From: an uncultured Candidatus Entotheonella sp.
GTDB lineage: Bacteria > Tectomicrobia > Entotheonellia > Entotheonellales > Entotheonellaceae
Assembly: GCA_965215335.1 (NCBI GenBank)
Contig: CBDCDA010000001.1
Span: 1,920,001 to 1,984,000 of the forward strand
Length of the DNA: 64,000 nucleotides
Direction of reading: 5' to 3'
Position 1 is the stretch's first letter, and every line of letters begins with the position of its first letter. A model generated the notes under the pieces. It saw only the letters and a program-made list of their open reading frames with translations. It was not told the DNA's origin and did no database searches. A program made the translations under genes and the position numbers. Below are positions 50,917 through 60,723 of this stretch, one piece after another.

Positions 50917-52536
50917 ATGCCGGACGAAAAGCGCATCCAACGATTTGCCTGGGGCACGCGCGACGATGCGCAGGTTTTGATCGTGCACTTCGGCTCGAAA
51001 TCGACGCCGATGATCGCCCAGCAACTACGCCAGGTCGGCGTGTGCAGCCGCGTCATTCACGCCGCCGACGTGCCGGAGACGGTTTGCACCGACCACGGCG
51101 CCAAGTTGACGATCCTCTCCGGCGGCGACGACCGCATCGGCAATCCTGGCGCTCCCACCATCGCCGACGCCGACTTGGCGGCGCTGCGCCGAGGCGGTGT
51201 GGTTCTGGGCATCTGCTACGGCGCTCAACTCCTGGCCAGCAAGCTGGGCGGCACGGTGGCGCCGGCGGCGGTGCCGGAGTTCGGGGAAGTGCAGGTCAGC
51301 GTCACGGCGCCCTTCGGGGATTACACCGGCGGCACGGTGGTGATGAACCACAGCGACGAGATTGCCGCCCTGCCCAGCGGCTGGCAAGTCCTGGGCCGCA
51401 CCGCCCACTGCCGGCACGCCCTGGTCGGCGCCGATGGCGTGTACGCCGTGGTGTTCCACCCGGAGGTCGATCACACCGAGAACGGCGACGCCTTCCTGGC
51501 GCACATCGCCTTCACCCTCGCCGGCTGCGAGCGCGACTACACGTACGACCTGGCTACCTACGTCGAAACGTGCACCGATTGGCTGCGCCAGACCGTTCCA
51601 GATGGCGACGTCGAACTGGGACTGTCCGGCGGCGTGGATTCCGCCGTTGCCTTCAAGCTCGCCCAGCGTGCCTACGGCCCGCGTCTGCGCGCTACCTGCG
51701 TGGACACCGGCTTCCTGCGCCAGGGCGAGTTGGCCGAGGTGCGACAGGTGTTTGGCGACGCCGGCATCTCGTACCTGGAGGCCACCGACGCCTTCCTGCC
51801 CGCCGTCGAGGCGCTGCCCTACACCGGCCCCGACCCGCAAGGCGAAGCGCGCTACTACGATCAGGTGCGGCGCGCCATCGGCGCGCGTTTCATCGACACC
51901 TTCGTGCATCACGCCCGCGGGCAGGGCCGCCAGCCCGTCGCCCTGGTGCAGGGCACCAACTACGCCGACATCATCGAATCGATCACCAACCTGAAGGCGC
52001 ACCACAACGTCGGCGGCCTGCCGGCCCGGCTCGACGTGCAGGTCATCGAGCCCATCGCCGGGCTGTTCAAGTTTGAAATCCGCCAGCTGGCCGCCTATCT
52101 CGGCCTGCCCGAGGAGGTCGTACACCGCCAGCCCTCCCCCGGCCCGGGTCTGGCCATCCGCATGTGGGGGCCGGTGACGCGCTCGAAAGTCGACGCCCTG
52201 CGCCGCGGCACGCGCATCTTCGAAGAACTGGTGCGCCAGCACTACCCCAAGCCGCGGCAGCGCCCGACGCAGTATTACCTGGCCCTCGCCCCCCTGGCGT
52301 CCTGCGGCCTGATGGGCGATGACCGCGTTTACGGCTATGCCTGGGTCATTCGCGGCGTCACCACGCACGACCGCGAGAGCTACGTCACGGTCAGCGCCTT
52401 CGACTTCTCGCCCGCCTTCCTGCAAGAGGCGGCGCGGCGCCTGACCAACGAAATCGCCATGCGCGACGGCACCCGCTTCGTGCGCGTCTTCGTCGAGGTG
52501 ACCGGCAAGCCGCCGTCCACCACGGAACCGCATTAG
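50917..52536 (+). CDS. guaA: GMP synthase (glutamine-hydrolysing), divergent
   Basis: GICYGAQ, FHPEV, LSGGVDS, VQGT..DIIES, KAHHNVGGLP, PGPGLAIR, KPPST. Confidence 0.8.
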   Translation: MPDEKRIQRFAWGTRDDAQVLIVHFGSKSTPMIAQQLRQVGVCSRVIHAADVPETVCTDHGAKLTILSGGDDRIGNPGAPTIADADLAALRRGGVVLGICYGAQLLASKLGGTVAPAAVPEFGEVQVSVTAPFGDYTGGTVVMNHSDEIAALPSGWQVLGRTAHCRHALVGADGVYAVVFHPEVDHTENGDAFLAHIAFTLAGCERDYTYDLATYVETCTDWLRQTVPDGDVELGLSGGVDSAVAFKLAQRAYGPRLRATCVDTGFLRQGELAEVRQVFGDAGISYLEATDAFLPAVEALPYTGPDPQGEARYYDQVRRAIGARFIDTFVHHARGQGRQPVALVQGTNYADIIESITNLKAHHNVGGLPARLDVQVIEPIAGLFKFEIRQLAAYLGLPEEVVHRQPSPGPGLAIRMWGPVTRSKVDALRRGTRIFEELVRQHYPKPRQRPTQYYLALAPLASCGLMGDDRVYGYAWVIRGVTTHDRESYVTVSAFDFSPAFLQEAARRLTNEIAMRDGTRFVRVFVEVTGKPPSTTEPH

Positions 52537-52638
52537 CGACCAGTGATCAGTAGCCGGTGGCTACTGATTAGCGAAGAGGGCTGTTTTGGTTTCGCTGGCT
52601 CCTGTTCACCGACCACTGCCTTTCAGGGAGAATCCCGC

Positions 52639-53931
52639 ATGCCGGTCGACATCAGTGATATCCGCAGCCTCGTGGCGTCCCAGGACGACTGGCGCCAGCG
52701 GCAGACGATCAACCTCATCGCCAGCGAGAACGTCCAGAGCGCGGCGGTGCGCGACATCCAGAACTCGGACTTCATGGCCCGCTATGCCGAAGGGCATCCC
52801 AACCAGGGCGACCGGATCAACCGCTACTATCAGGGCACGCAATACATCGACCGCCTCGAAACCATGGCGCGGGAGGAATTGCTGGCGTTGGCCCGCTGCC
52901 GCCAGGCGGACGTGCGGCCCATCAGCGGCAACGCCGCCAATACCGCCATCGCCCTCGGCTACCTGCGCGCCGGCGACCCCATCCTCGTCAATTCGACCCC
53001 CGCCGGCGGCCACATCAGCCACAACACCATCGGCGTTTTTGGCAGGCGCATCCAGAAGCGTGGCGCGTCCCTGGACCTCAAGTCGGCGGCGGCCATCCCA
53101 CTGCACTACCTGCCGCTCAGCGAGGATCACTACCACGTCGACGTGCCGCAAAGCCTCGACCTCATCGAGCGCACCGCGCCGCGCCTCGTGGTGCTGGGCA
53201 AGAGCCTGTTCCTGTTTCCCGAGCCGGTGCGCGAGATCGCCGCCCTGTGCCGGGACAAAAGCATTCCCATCCTGTACGACGGCGCCCACGTGCTCGGCCT
53301 GATCCTCGGCGGCCAGTTCCAGGACCCCTGGCGCGAGGGCGCCACCTGGGTCACCGCCAGCACGCACAAGACCTTTCCCGGCCCGCAGCGTGGCGTCATC
53401 CTCGCCGACCTCGACGAAGCAGCCGAGAGACGCTACTGGCCGGCGGCCAATCGCGGCGTTTTCCCCGGCTCTTCCAGCAATCACCACCTGCACAGCCTGC
53501 CGGGCCTGCTCGTCGCCATCCGTGAAATGAAGCAGCATGCGCGGGCCTACGCTGCCCAGACCGTCGCCAACGCCCAGGCCCTCGGGCGCGCCCTGGACGA
53601 CGCCGGCATCGCCGTGGAGGCGCGCGATTTCGGTTATACTCGTAGCCACCAGCTTGCCGTCAATGTCGCGGCACAGGGCGGCGGCGTGGCCGCGGCGCTG
53701 CGCCTGGAGGCCAACGACATTGTTGTCAATTACAACCTGCTGCCCACCGACACCGACCCGCGCAACCCCTCCGGCCTGCGCCTCGGCGTGCAGGAAATGA
53801 CCCGCTACGGCATGCGCGAAGCTGACATGCAGGGCCTCGCCGGGCTGATCGCCGACGCCATCCGCGCCAAAGCCGTCAAGGACGCCGTGCACGCTCTGCG
53901 GCGGCGCTTCGACACGGTGCACTATGTGTAG
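52639..53931 (+). CDS. glyA: Serine hydroxymethyltransferase, archaeal-type
   Basis: INLIASEN, RYAEG, RYYQG, GGHISH, STHKTFPGPQRG, SNHHLH. Confidence 0.88.
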   Translation: MPVDISDIRSLVASQDDWRQRQTINLIASENVQSAAVRDIQNSDFMARYAEGHPNQGDRINRYYQGTQYIDRLETMAREELLALARCRQADVRPISGNAANTAIALGYLRAGDPILVNSTPAGGHISHNTIGVFGRRIQKRGASLDLKSAAAIPLHYLPLSEDHYHVDVPQSLDLIERTAPRLVVLGKSLFLFPEPVREIAALCRDKSIPILYDGAHVLGLILGGQFQDPWREGATWVTASTHKTFPGPQRGVILADLDEAAERRYWPAANRGVFPGSSSNHHLHSLPGLLVAIREMKQHARAYAAQTVANAQALGRALDDAGIAVEARDFGYTRSHQLAVNVAAQGGGVAAALRLEANDIVVNYNLLPTDTDPRNPSGLRLGVQEMTRYGMREADMQGLAGLIADAIRAKAVKDAVHALRRRFDTVHYV

Positions 53932-53944
53932 GGGAGGCGCGAGA

Positions 53945-54463
53945 ATGGGGTGGTACGCAAAGTGGGCCTTGCTTCTGGTACTTGTGGCGTTCCTGTCCGG
54001 CTGCGCGTCCAAGGACGAGCAGCCGGTGCCGCTCGACGTGCAGGATACGGCGCAACTGGAGCAGGTTTATCAGGGAGGACGGGCGGCTTACCTGGCCGGG
54101 CGCTACGAGGATGCCGCCGGGCATTTCGCCCGCGTCGCCAATGCCGACCCGCAGCACCTGAAGGCCAGGATCAACTGGGGCGTCAGCCTGTCGCGTGGCG
54201 GCCGGCCGCTGGCAGCCCTGGGCCATTTCGAGCAGGTTCTGGCGCAGGAGCCGGACAACGCCGCCGCTCTTTACAACTGGGGGGCCGCCCTGGCCCGTCT
54301 CGGCAGGCACGAGGAGGCGCTGGACAAATTCGACCGCGCCCGCGGCCTGGGCGCCCCCGATCTGCCGCCAAGCCTGCAACGGGCGCTCACCGGCTACCTG
54401 AGCCGTCATCGCCGGGCCGAACCCGACACCGAAATGACGCCCGAGAACGAATCCCTGCGTTAA
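53945..54463 (+). CDS. TPR-repeat lipoprotein
   Basis: Lipobox LSGC; TPR helices such as ALYNWGAALARLGRHEEAL. Confidence 0.85.
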   Translation: MGWYAKWALLLVLVAFLSGCASKDEQPVPLDVQDTAQLEQVYQGGRAAYLAGRYEDAAGHFARVANADPQHLKARINWGVSLSRGGRPLAALGHFEQVLAQEPDNAAALYNWGAALARLGRHEEALDKFDRARGLGAPDLPPSLQRALTGYLSRHRRAEPDTEMTPENESLR

Positions 54464-56241
54464 TCCGCATACGGCACTGCCGACACCCGTTCCCGGCTTT
54501 CCGCCAGCAGGCGGTCCACCTCGGCTCGTAGCGCTGGGACCACTTCGTCCAGCGGCACAATGTGGCTCTCCTCGCCGTCGCGCGGTTTCAGCTCCGCGCC
54601 GCCCTGGCGCAGCGAGCGCGCGCCGAGGGTGAGGCGCAACGGCAGGCCGATCAGGTCCGCGTCGTTGAACTTCACGCCCGGAGTGGCGTCGCGGTCATCC
54701 AGCAGCATTTCCACACCCCGCGACCATGCCTCCTGATACAGACGCTCGGCCGCCTCGGCGACTTCCGGCGCCCGCTGCAACAGCGCTACGCACGACACAT
54801 GGTACGGCGCCACGCTGATCGGAAAGCGGATGCCGCGCTTGTCGTGGTGCGCCTCGATGACGCAGGACAGCAGCCGTCCGCTGCCGATGCCGTACGAGCC
54901 CATGACGACCGGCTTGCTGTTGCCGTCGCGGTCCAGGAACACGGCCCCCAGCGCCTCGGTGTAGCGCGTCCCCAGCTTGAAGATGTTGCCGACCTCGACA
55001 CCGCGCGAGGTGCGCAGCTTCTCGCCGCACTGCACGCAAGCGTCGCCGTCCCGCGCCAGCACGAGGTCCGTCACCTGCGTTGCGGCGTAATCGCGCCCGT
55101 AGTTCGTGTTGCGCAGGTGATAACCGGGCTTGTTGGCGCCGGCGACCAGGTTGGGCGAGTGCGGGATCAGTTCGTCGACCACCAGTAGCAGATCGTCCCC
55201 CCGCAAACCGACCGGCGAGGCGTATCCCGGCTCCACCCCGACGGCGCGAATCTCCTCCGCGCGCGCCGGCCGCAGGTCGCGCGCGCCGATGGCGTTGGCG
55301 AGCTTCGTCTCGTTCAGCTCGCTGTCGCCGCGCAGCACGGCAAACACGAACCGCTCCCGGTCTTCCTCGCCTGTCCCGCCGGTAACGGTGGCCACGAAAA
55401 ACACCGCCTTGGCGGTACGCGCCGTCGGCACCTGCAGGAACTCGGCCAGCGCCTCGATGGTCGCCGCGTCCGGCGTCGCTACCGGCTCGCTCGGCAGCGG
55501 CGTCTCCGCCTCGGCCGCCGGCAGCCGCGCCGCCGCCACCTGGCGATTCGCCGCGTAGCCGCAACCGTCGCACAGTACCAGGGTGTCCTCGCCGATGGGG
55601 TTCAGATACATGTATTCGTGCGCCATCTGGCCACCCATCATGCCCACGTCCGAGCGCACCGCTGTCACCGGCAGGTGACAGCGGTGGAAAATGTTGAAAT
55701 ACGCCTGATAATGCGCCCGGTACTGCGTCTCCAGGCCCTCCCGGTCCGCGTCCAGGCTGTAGCTGTCCTTCATGGTAAACTCGCGCACGCGAATCAGCCC
55801 ACCGCGTGCGCGCGGCTCGTCGCGATACTTCGTCTGGATCTGATACAGCAGGCACGGCAACTGACGGTACGAGCGCACCTCCTGCCGCACCAGATCGGCG
55901 ACCACCTCCTCGTGCGTCATGCCCAGCACCATGTCGCGTTCGGCCCGGTCCTTGAAGCGCGCCATCTCCGGCCCGACCTGATACCACCGCCCCGTCTCCT
56001 GCCACAGCGACGCCGGGTGCACCACCGGCATGGTGATCTCCTGCCCACCGATGGCGTCCATCTCCTCGCGGATGATGTCCTCGATCTTCGTCAGGGCCCG
56101 CCGCGCCAGGGGCAGATAACTGTAGCTCCCCGCCGCCAAGGGCCGCACCAGGCCCGCCTTGAGCAGCAGTTGATGACTGGGCAGCTCGGCTTCGCCAGGC
56201 ACGTCTCGCAGCGTCTGGCTGAACAATCGGCTCATGCGCAT
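54460..56241 (-). CDS. proS: Proline--tRNA ligase with insertion editing domain
   Basis: MSRLFSQTLR, THEE, RVREFTMKDSYS, GANK, VGNIFKLG, MGSYGIG. Confidence 0.98.
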   Translation of the reverse strand: MRMSRLFSQTLRDVPGEAELPSHQLLLKAGLVRPLAAGSYSYLPLARRALTKIEDIIREEMDAIGGQEITMPVVHPASLWQETGRWYQVGPEMARFKDRAERDMVLGMTHEEVVADLVRQEVRSYRQLPCLLYQIQTKYRDEPRARGGLIRVREFTMKDSYSLDADREGLETQYRAHYQAYFNIFHRCHLPVTAVRSDVGMMGGQMAHEYMYLNPIGEDTLVLCDGCGYAANRQVAAARLPAAEAETPLPSEPVATPDAATIEALAEFLQVPTARTAKAVFFVATVTGGTGEEDRERFVFAVLRGDSELNETKLANAIGARDLRPARAEEIRAVGVEPGYASPVGLRGDDLLLVVDELIPHSPNLVAGANKPGYHLRNTNYGRDYAATQVTDLVLARDGDACVQCGEKLRTSRGVEVGNIFKLGTRYTEALGAVFLDRDGNSKPVVMGSYGIGSGRLLSCVIEAHHDKRGIRFPISVAPYHVSCVALLQRAPEVAEAAERLYQEAWSRGVEMLLDDRDATPGVKFNDADLIGLPLRLTLGARSLRQGGAELKPRDGEESHIVPLDEVVPALRAEVDRLLAESRERVSAVPYAD

Positions 56242-56336
56242 GGTGAATTCTCCGCTTTCTGAAATCTGGGCCTATCGGATGGACGCTGCATCATGACACA
56301 GCCCCGCCGCGCGTCGCAACGGAGCCCGGCGGCCAA

Positions 56337-56365
56337 TTGACCCCCCCCCCTTTCTAGCCTATGAT
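56337..56365 (+). promoter_or_regulatory. Sigma70-like promoter for glcDEF containing a C10 tract
   Basis: TTGACC-N17-TATGAT; C10 at 56341-56350. Confidence 0.7.
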
Positions 56366-56429
56366 GGATTCTTGCAGCCACGGAACCTTTCACACGGCCG
56401 CCCCGCGGCATCCGGCAGGGAGATACGCC

Positions 56430-57908
56430 ATGGAACCATCGGTTTTGCAGGAACTCGCGGCCATCGTCGTACCGCAGCCGTTGCTGACCCGGCCGGAGGA
56501 GATGCTGGTGTACGAGTGCGACGGCCATACGCTTGATAAAGCACCGCCCGACGTGGTGGTCTTCCCGACCAGTACCGAGCAGGTGGCGGCCATCGTCAAG
56601 CTGGCCAATCGGCACGACATCCCGTTCGTGGCGCGTGGCGCCGGCACCGGGCTGAGTGGTGGCGCCCTAGCGCTCGAGGGCGGCATCGTCGTCGAGATGT
56701 GCCGCATGAACAAAATCCTGGAAATCGATTACGGCAATCAGCGCGCCGTGGTGCAGCCGGGCCTGGTGAACCTGCACCTGTCGCTGGCCGTGTCCGAGGC
56801 CGGCTTCTACTATGCGCCGGACCCGTCGAGCCAGGGTTCGTGCACCATCGGCGGCAACGTGGCGGAGAATTCCGGCGGCCCGCACACCCTCAAGTACGGC
56901 GTCACCACCAACCACGTGCTGGGCCTGGAAGTCGTCCTGCCGAACGGCGACCTGGTGCATTTCGGTGGCGCCGTTCTCGACACCCCCGGCTACGACCTGA
57001 CCGGCCTGTTCGTCGGCTCCGAGGGCACCTTCGGGATCGTCACCAGCGTCATCGTGCGGCTCATGCGCAAGCCGCAAGCGGTCAAGACGCTGCTGGCCTT
57101 TTTCGACACCGTCGAGGCGGCCAGTAACGCGGTGAGCGGCATCATCGGCGCCGGTCTCATCCCCGCCGCCCTGGAAATGATGGACAACCTGACCATCCAG
57201 GCGGTGGAGGCGGCCATCCAGGCCGGCCTGCCGCTGGGCGCCGGCGCCCTCCTGCTCATCGAGCTCGACGGCATCGAGGACGGCATGGAAGCCGACGCGC
57301 AGCGCATTGCCGACATCTGCCAGCAGAACGACTGCCAGGACGTGCGCGTTGCCCAGGACGCCGCCGAGCGCGCCCTGCTGTGGAAGGGTCGCAAGGAGGC
57401 GTTCGGCGCCATCGGACGCCTGACGCCCAACTACTACACCCACGACGGCGTTATTCCCCGCACCCGCCTGCCCGAAGCCCTGACGCGCCTGCAGATCATC
57501 AGCCACCGGTACGGCCTGCGCATCGCCAACGTCTTTCATGCCGGCGATGGCAACCTGCACCCGCTGGTGCTGTACGACGAACGCGACGGCAAGGAGGTCG
57601 ACCGCGTCCTCGAGGCCGGTCACGACATCCTGCAGACCTGCGTCGACCTCGGCGGCGTGCTGAGCGGCGAGCACGGCATCGGCCTGGAAAAGAAGAACTG
57701 CATGCCGTGGCTGTTCAGCGAGGCCGACCTCGACGTCATGCGCCGCGTGCGTCAGGTGTTCAACCCGCAGGAATTGTGCAACCCCAACAAGGTCATCCCG
57801 CTGCGCGGCCGCTGCCGCTGCGGCGCGGTCACCGGGGACGACACGCCCGACCACGAGACTCACGAGGCGGTGGCCGTGGCGATGCAGGATGCCCATGTCC
57901 ACGCTTGA
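56430..57908 (+). CDS. glcD: Glycolate oxidase subunit GlcD-like FAD-linked oxidase
   Basis: RGAGTGLSGG, APDPSSQ..CTIGGN, FHAGDGNLHP, GEHGIG. Confidence 0.92.
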   Translation: MEPSVLQELAAIVVPQPLLTRPEEMLVYECDGHTLDKAPPDVVVFPTSTEQVAAIVKLANRHDIPFVARGAGTGLSGGALALEGGIVVEMCRMNKILEIDYGNQRAVVQPGLVNLHLSLAVSEAGFYYAPDPSSQGSCTIGGNVAENSGGPHTLKYGVTTNHVLGLEVVLPNGDLVHFGGAVLDTPGYDLTGLFVGSEGTFGIVTSVIVRLMRKPQAVKTLLAFFDTVEAASNAVSGIIGAGLIPAALEMMDNLTIQAVEAAIQAGLPLGAGALLLIELDGIEDGMEADAQRIADICQQNDCQDVRVAQDAAERALLWKGRKEAFGAIGRLTPNYYTHDGVIPRTRLPEALTRLQIISHRYGLRIANVFHAGDGNLHPLVLYDERDGKEVDRVLEAGHDILQTCVDLGGVLSGEHGIGLEKKNCMPWLFSEADLDVMRRVRQVFNPQELCNPNKVIPLRGRCRCGAVTGDDTPDHETHEAVAVAMQDAHVHA

Positions 57909-59238
57909 TCGCCTGGCTACGGTCCTGCAATCCGCGGTGGGTGAAAAGCACCTGCTCACCGACGCCGCTGCGGCGCCCTACGCCGTGGATGACGCGCTGC
58001 CTGGCCTCGTCGCCCTGCCTCAAGATGAGGCCCAGGTTGCCGATGTCCTGCGCCTGGCCGACGAGCATGACGCGACGGTGTTTCCGCGCGGCGGGGGCAG
58101 TCACGTGTCGCTGGGTGCGACGCCGGAGCGCGTTGACGTGGTGCTGAGCGTCGAGCGGCTGCGGCGCCAATTGGCGTACGAGCCCGGCGACATGACCACG
58201 ACGGTGCAGGCGGGTATGCCGCTGCAGGAATTGCAGGGCGTTCTGGGGGCGCATGGCCAGTTCGTGGCGCTGGATCCGCCGGCTACCGCGGCAACCACGA
58301 TCGGCGGGGTGATCGCCACCAACGCCAGCGGACCGCGTCGCCTGCTATACGGCACGGCGCGCGACGTGGTGCTCGGCATCAGCGTCGTGGCCGCCGATGG
58401 CACCCGCAGCAAGGCGGGCGGGCGCGTGGTCAAGAACGTCGCCGGCTACGACCTGACCAAGCTGTACATCGGCTCCCTGGGTACCCTCGCCGTCGTCCTC
58501 GAATTGACCTTCAAGCTTCATCCCCTGCCGCCCGGCGAGGCGACCATCGGCATTGCCTGCGCCAGTCACACCGACATCCTGCCCGTGCTCAACGCCCTGC
58601 TGCGGTTTCCACTGCGGCTCAACAGCCTGGAGTTGCTGAACGCCGCGGCGGTGTCGGCCCTGCAAACCGGCAGCGGCGTCACGTTGCCGCCTTCGCCGTA
58701 TCTGTTCCTGGCGCGGCTCGAAGGCGACGCTGCGGTGACCGCCGGGCAGAAGCAGCGCATCGCCGAAGCCTTGGGCGGGCTGCCCCTCGGCGCCCCCGCC
58801 GCCACACACGATTGGCAATCCAGCGAGCAGCAGCGTTTGTGGTCATCCCTGGCGACGCAGGCGTTCCGGCCTGAGCCCATCGCCGCCAGAGTCGGCCTGC
58901 GCATTACCGACCTCGCCGCCTTCTGTGCGGCTATCGAGGCCCTGTCTGCCGATCCGCCCTGGCTGCTGCACGCCCATGCCGGAAACGGCATCGTATCCGT
59001 TCAAATCCCCGTCGGCAGCGGCCACGAAGAGGCGCTGCTGGCGCCGATACGGGCGCTTGACGCCTGCGTCGCGCGGCTCAACGGCCACCGGGTGATCGAG
59101 CGGGCGCCGGTGGCGGTCAAGCGCCGCTGCGAGGTGTGGGGTCCGGTGGGCGACAATTTTGCCGTCATGCAGGCGCTCAAGGCATCATACGACCCCAGGC
59201 GCCGGCTCAACCCCGGACGTTTCATAGGAGGGCTGTAA
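57889..59238 (+). CDS. glcE: Glycolate oxidase FAD-binding subunit GlcE
   Basis: TIGGVIATNASGPRR, GGRVVKNVAGYDL, DP..RLNPGRF. Confidence 0.92.
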   Translation: MPMSTLDRLATVLQSAVGEKHLLTDAAAAPYAVDDALPGLVALPQDEAQVADVLRLADEHDATVFPRGGGSHVSLGATPERVDVVLSVERLRRQLAYEPGDMTTTVQAGMPLQELQGVLGAHGQFVALDPPATAATTIGGVIATNASGPRRLLYGTARDVVLGISVVAADGTRSKAGGRVVKNVAGYDLTKLYIGSLGTLAVVLELTFKLHPLPPGEATIGIACASHTDILPVLNALLRFPLRLNSLELLNAAAVSALQTGSGVTLPPSPYLFLARLEGDAAVTAGQKQRIAEALGGLPLGAPAATHDWQSSEQQRLWSSLATQAFRPEPIAARVGLRITDLAAFCAAIEALSADPPWLLHAHAGNGIVSVQIPVGSGHEEALLAPIRALDACVARLNGHRVIERAPVAVKRRCEVWGPVGDNFAVMQALKASYDPRRRLNPGRFIGGL

Positions 59239-59241
59239 GGC

Positions 59242-60558
59242 ATGAACGCGAAGGCGTCGTTACCCGGTTTCGATGAGGTCGATCGTCCGCAGCGGGAGAA
59301 AATCAGCACGTGCATTCATTGCGGGCTTTGTCTGGACAAGTGTCCCACCTACCGCACGCTGGGCACGGAAATGGACTCGCCGCGCGGGCGCGTGTATCTC
59401 ATCAAGGCGGTGGACGAGGGACGCCTGGGCATGACGCCGAATTTCATCAAGCACATGTACCTGTGCCTCGACTGCCGTGCCTGCGAGACGGCCTGCCCGT
59501 CGCACGTGGAGTTTGGCGACCTGATGGAACGCGCGCGCGGCCAGATCGAGCGGCGGGCGCCGCGCGCCTGGGGTGGGCGATTGCTGCGATGGCTGGTGTT
59601 TCACGGGCTGTTCCCGCATCCGCGCCTGTTGCGCGGGCTGTTCCGCCTGGCGCGCCTCTACCAGCGCAGCGGCCTGCAACGGCTGCTGCATGCGGCGGGC
59701 GTGTTCAACATGCTGCCGGCACGCCTGAAGGACATGGAGGCCATGCTGCCTGAGCTGCCGCCGCGGTCTTTCTCTCGTAGCGTGCCGGAATACCTGCCCG
59801 GCCAGGCACCGGTCACGCGCACCGTGGGGCTCTTCGCCGGCTGCGTCATGGACGGGCTGTTCGTCGACGTGCACAACGCTACTGCACGAGTGCTGCAAGC
59901 CAACGGCTGCGGGGTGCGCACGCCGCGCGCGCAGGTGTGCTGCGGCGCGCTACACATGCACGCCGGCGACCGCGAGCAGGCCAAGGCGCTGGCCCGGCGC
60001 AACATCACCGTGTTCGAGCGGCAGGACGTCGACGTCATCGTCAACAACGCGGCGGGTTGTGGCGCGCAGCTCAAGGGCTACGGCGAGTTGCTGGCCGACG
60101 ACCCCCAATTTGCCGAACGCGCCCATTGCTTCAGCGAACGCGTGCAGGACGTTTCCGAATGCCTCGCGCAGGAGCCCCTGCGCGGGCCGCTGGGTCCTGT
60201 GCCCAAGCGCGTGGCCTACGACGACCCCTGCCACCTGCTGCACGCCCAGCGTATTCGCCAGCAGCCGCGCGACCTGCTGCAACAGATACCCGGCCTGGAG
60301 TTGGCGCCCGTCACCGACGCCGACTTCTGCTGCGGTGCCGCCGGAGTCTACAGCATCACCCACCAAGACATGTCGCGCCGCATCCTCGAACGCAAAATGG
60401 AGCACATTGCCGCCGCCGAACCCGACGTCATCGCCACCGGCAATCCCGGCTGCATGATGCAACTCCGCACTGGTGCCCGCCTCACCGGGCTCGACGCCCC
60501 CGTCGTCCATCCCATCGAACTGTTGGCGGCCGCCTACGAGGCCGGGGAGAAAGGGTAG
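59242..60558 (+). CDS. glcF: Glycolate oxidase Fe-S subunit GlcF
   Basis: CIHCGLCLDKCP, CLDCRACETACP, two CCG motifs. Confidence 0.92.
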   Translation: MNAKASLPGFDEVDRPQREKISTCIHCGLCLDKCPTYRTLGTEMDSPRGRVYLIKAVDEGRLGMTPNFIKHMYLCLDCRACETACPSHVEFGDLMERARGQIERRAPRAWGGRLLRWLVFHGLFPHPRLLRGLFRLARLYQRSGLQRLLHAAGVFNMLPARLKDMEAMLPELPPRSFSRSVPEYLPGQAPVTRTVGLFAGCVMDGLFVDVHNATARVLQANGCGVRTPRAQVCCGALHMHAGDREQAKALARRNITVFERQDVDVIVNNAAGCGAQLKGYGELLADDPQFAERAHCFSERVQDVSECLAQEPLRGPLGPVPKRVAYDDPCHLLHAQRIRQQPRDLLQQIPGLELAPVTDADFCCGAAGVYSITHQDMSRRILERKMEHIAAAEPDVIATGNPGCMMQLRTGARLTGLDAPVVHPIELLAAAYEAGEKG

Positions 60559-60657
60559 CCGTCGGGCTTCCGTGCGGCGCCCGAGCGCTGGGGAACGTCC
60601 GCCCAGCGGTGCCGTCCATCCCTTGATTGCAAGCCGCTAGCCGCCCTTGGGGTCGAA

Positions 60658-60686
60658 TTGACAACCCGCCCCCGAGTGCCTATGAT
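60658..60686 (+). promoter_or_regulatory. Sigma70-like promoter for spt
   Basis: TTGACA-N17-TATGAT. Confidence 0.75.
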
Positions 60687-60723
60687 ACGCCCGCCAAAGC
60701 CACCGATTTGTCAGGGAGCAGAC

